Below, in pieces: positions 61,765-64,000 of a DNA stretch of 64,000 nucleotides. The stretch lies in contig CBFFRQ010000018.1 of assembly GCA_965644315.1 (NCBI GenBank), positions 124,001 to 188,000 on the forward strand. The letters are read 5' to 3'. Source of the DNA: Caecitellus pseudoparvulus. Taxonomy: Eukaryota > Protista > Bigyra: Bicosoecida. How positions within the stretch are numbered: the first letter of the stretch is position 1; the number at the start of each line of letters is the position of its first letter. Under the pieces are notes generated by a model. It ran no database searches. It worked only from the letters and a program-made list of their open reading frames with translations, and had not been told where the DNA came from. The position numbers and the translations under genes are program-made.

Positions 61765-64000
61765 ATGCGTGAGCTCTTGAGCCAAGAAGCTGAGCGGCCG
61801 GCAGTGGCAGCTTCCAGCTGCCTTTGCCAAGGTGCCAAGCGTCCGCACGAAAGGGCATCTACACCCCACGAACCACAAGCAATGAAGGGATCAAAAGCTT
61901 CGTGTCGCATCTTCCAGTCGCGGGCATGCACAATGATTGCAGGCTTGCTCGTGTTGAGTGCAGCGGTAGCTGTGCTCCCCTGGCGTGCGTTGGGCTCGGC
62001 ATTGTCTGGAAGGCCTCCACTGCTCAAGAGGGGCCACCAGCGCACACCATTCGCTAAACGTAATGCAGATTCGATTGAAGCTGCTGCTATTGCAGTTTTT
62101 GAAGCTAGGGACACGCGCTTTGCACCTGGCTCCGGAAGCGCAACGTCTGGCCGCAGGTTCACTGGTGCACCTGTTCGAGGCCTGCCGAACGGCACGTCCG
62201 TAGACACCTTGATCAGCCGAGCCCTCGGTTGCACCTACAATTACTCGTGTGACTCCCTGGCTGGCCTTCAAGGGTGCAGTGCGGAGCGGCCCTTCGCAGC
62301 TGTTGTGACGACCATCGCCTCCGCCCCTACAGAAGCTGTGACGGAGCTGGCCTCAGCAAGGCCAGACGTGGACATATTCGTCGTGGCAGACCGCAAAGGG
62401 CCAAACTCATGGCCCAAGGCAACTCCGGCCAACATCCACTACCTCACAGTGCCATATCAGGAGCAACACGAGTTCCAGGCTTTCTCACCTCCTTGGAATC
62501 ACTTCGGCCGCAAGAACTACGGCTACCTAGCCGCTCTGGCGTCAGGCGCATGCTTCATTTGGGACTTTGATGACGACAACGTACTGCTTGATGCAAAGAA
62601 CGGTGTGTTGAACACTGCCCACCTTTCCAGCTGGGCTGCAACCACGCTGCAGCTCAGCCGAGCGCCACGCACCGACACCAGCTCACCCTGGATCAACCAC
62701 CTGCCATTCATGGGCGCAACGTCCTTCATCTGGCCCCGCGGGACGCCCCTGGAGCAGGTGCAAGACAGCACGACCTTCTTACCCACCGTCTCTGGCGCAC
62801 AGGCGTGCAAGCAGGATGCAGCTCGCCCGGGCTGCATCCGCCTGGGGCCCACCTGCTCCTGCCTGGGTATTCTCAGCAGCCTGGCACAAGGGAACCCAGA
62901 CCTTGACGCTGTGCAGCGGCTGACTGGCCCTGCGCCTGTGGACTTCAAGCGGGAGCTGGGTGTCATGGGCGTTCTGGGCCCCGGCACGACAGTCTCCCAC
63001 AACGCCCAGGCCACCCTGCTGAGCCGCGATGTGGTGCTGTTCGCCATGCTGCCGATGACAGTTCACGGTCGCGTGTCTGATATCTGGCGGGCCCTTATTG
63101 CCAACCGCATCGCAGAGGTTGCAGGGCTGGCGGTGGCGGTGACGTCTGGCGCCGTGGTGCACCACCGCAACCCACACAACTACCTCGCCGACCTGGACGC
63201 TGAGCAGCCGCTTTATGCACAAGCGGGCGTGTTGGGCCAGCTGCTGCAAGCGTGGAAGCCTAACTCCAACAGCATCGCAGGTGCCACTGTGGAAGTATAT
63301 GTGCACCTGTACGAGAGGGGCGTGCTGGAGTGGCCCGACGTTACCTGGGCCGTGGAGTGGGTGCGGGCAGTGACGGGCCTCGTTGGAGATGCCCCAGTCA
63401 AGAAACAGGCAGCGCTGCCTTCCCCGCCAGCGCCTGTCCCGCGCCTGGCTGGGGTGACAGCCGTCGTGCACATCAACTTCGACCACACAGAGGTAATCGC
63501 GCCCTGGTTGGCGATATGGGGGCGCGTATACGACAGCGTGGTGTTCTACGTTCCTGGCCGCGAGAAGTGTGAGGCGTCTGGGCTGCCACGCGGCATAGAT
63601 GTCAGGATGGTGTGCCATGTGCCCTCCGACACCCGCCCACGGGGTGGAGCTCCGGGCCTTAGGGGCGTTGCTGGCCGCAATTCCCAGCCCTGGAAGGAGC
63701 TCTTCAGCGGATACTTTGCGTATGAGTCCCTTCTGCATGCCCTGCTCAATACTCCAGTGCCTGACAAGGGCTACATGTTCATGCACGACGATGCGATCGT
63801 GAATGTGCCGCTCATGGCCCAGAAGCTGCGAACACTGAAACCAGGAGTTGGCCTGCCGTGCGACAAGGCCATCACGCGTCTGGCGTACAACGCGGGCGAC
63901 AAGACAGTGTCTAGGATGCCGAAACATAGCGAATGGATGTGGTCCACACATGACATTGGCATTCGGGCGCTGCAGGCAGCTGCACAGGAGAACCCTGCCA
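61765..64000 (+). CDS. STELLO/DUF288-like glycosyltransferase, copy 2 (runs off the right edge)
   Basis: ATG at 61765; near-identical to 21948 onward (offset 39817), with no stop seen before the window end. Confidence 0.88.
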   Translation, partial: MRELLSQEAERPAVAASSCLCQGAKRPHERASTPHEPQAMKGSKASCRIFQSRACTMIAGLLVLSAAVAVLPWRALGSALSGRPPLLKRGHQRTPFAKRNADSIEAAAIAVFEARDTRFAPGSGSATSGRRFTGAPVRGLPNGTSVDTLISRALGCTYNYSCDSLAGLQGCSAERPFAAVVTTIASAPTEAVTELASARPDVDIFVVADRKGPNSWPKATPANIHYLTVPYQEQHEFQAFSPPWNHFGRKNYGYLAALASGACFIWDFDDDNVLLDAKNGVLNTAHLSSWAATTLQLSRAPRTDTSSPWINHLPFMGATSFIWPRGTPLEQVQDSTTFLPTVSGAQACKQDAARPGCIRLGPTCSCLGILSSLAQGNPDLDAVQRLTGPAPVDFKRELGVMGVLGPGTTVSHNAQATLLSRDVVLFAMLPMTVHGRVSDIWRALIANRIAEVAGLAVAVTSGAVVHHRNPHNYLADLDAEQPLYAQAGVLGQLLQAWKPNSNSIAGATVEVYVHLYERGVLEWPDVTWAVEWVRAVTGLVGDAPVKKQAALPSPPAPVPRLAGVTAVVHINFDHTEVIAPWLAIWGRVYDSVVFYVPGREKCEASGLPRGIDVRMVCHVPSDTRPRGGAPGLRGVAGRNSQPWKELFSGYFAYESLLHALLNTPVPDKGYMFMHDDAIVNVPLMAQKLRTLKPGVGLPCDKAITRLAYNAGDKTVSRMPKHSEWMWSTHDIGIRALQAAAQENPA

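Noticed and set aside
1-64000. rRNA, tRNA, LTR/retroelement or viral (Polinton/virophage) genes
   Set aside because: No recognisable motifs seen by eye; tRNAscan/Rfam/HMM searches were not possible, so small RNAs cannot be strictly excluded.

Overview
This is GC-rich genomic DNA from a unicellular eukaryote (short GT-AG introns, very compact gene spacing); the taxon cannot be assigned from the sequence alone. Positions 1-18.2 kb are core-like: a spliced hypothetical gene running off the left edge, a 5-exon PPIL3-type cyclophilin and a stop-free 4552-codon ORF. Positions 18.5-64 kb form a visibly less GC-rich, heavily rearranged island made almost entirely of type II membrane glycosyltransferase-like genes: GT61/DUF563-like x2, STELLO/DUF288-like x2, a chondroitin synthase/CHGN-like gene, a 1551-aa GT64 multi-domain fusion and broken GT77-like genes x2. 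The island also holds a VLR-like LRR surface-protein gene. A ~1 kb cassette (upstream region plus N-terminal tail and membrane anchor) occurs four times, in front of two unrelated GT bodies. One GT77-like copy is hit twice, 470 bp apart, by near-identical ~8.25 kb Plavaka/CACTA-like DNA transposons. These have 16-bp imperfect TIRs and 2-bp TSDs (AA and TG), verifiable against an empty-site paralog in the window, and carry a C2H2 + DDE transposase plus uncharacterised cargo. Family assignments rest on remembered motifs, not database searches.
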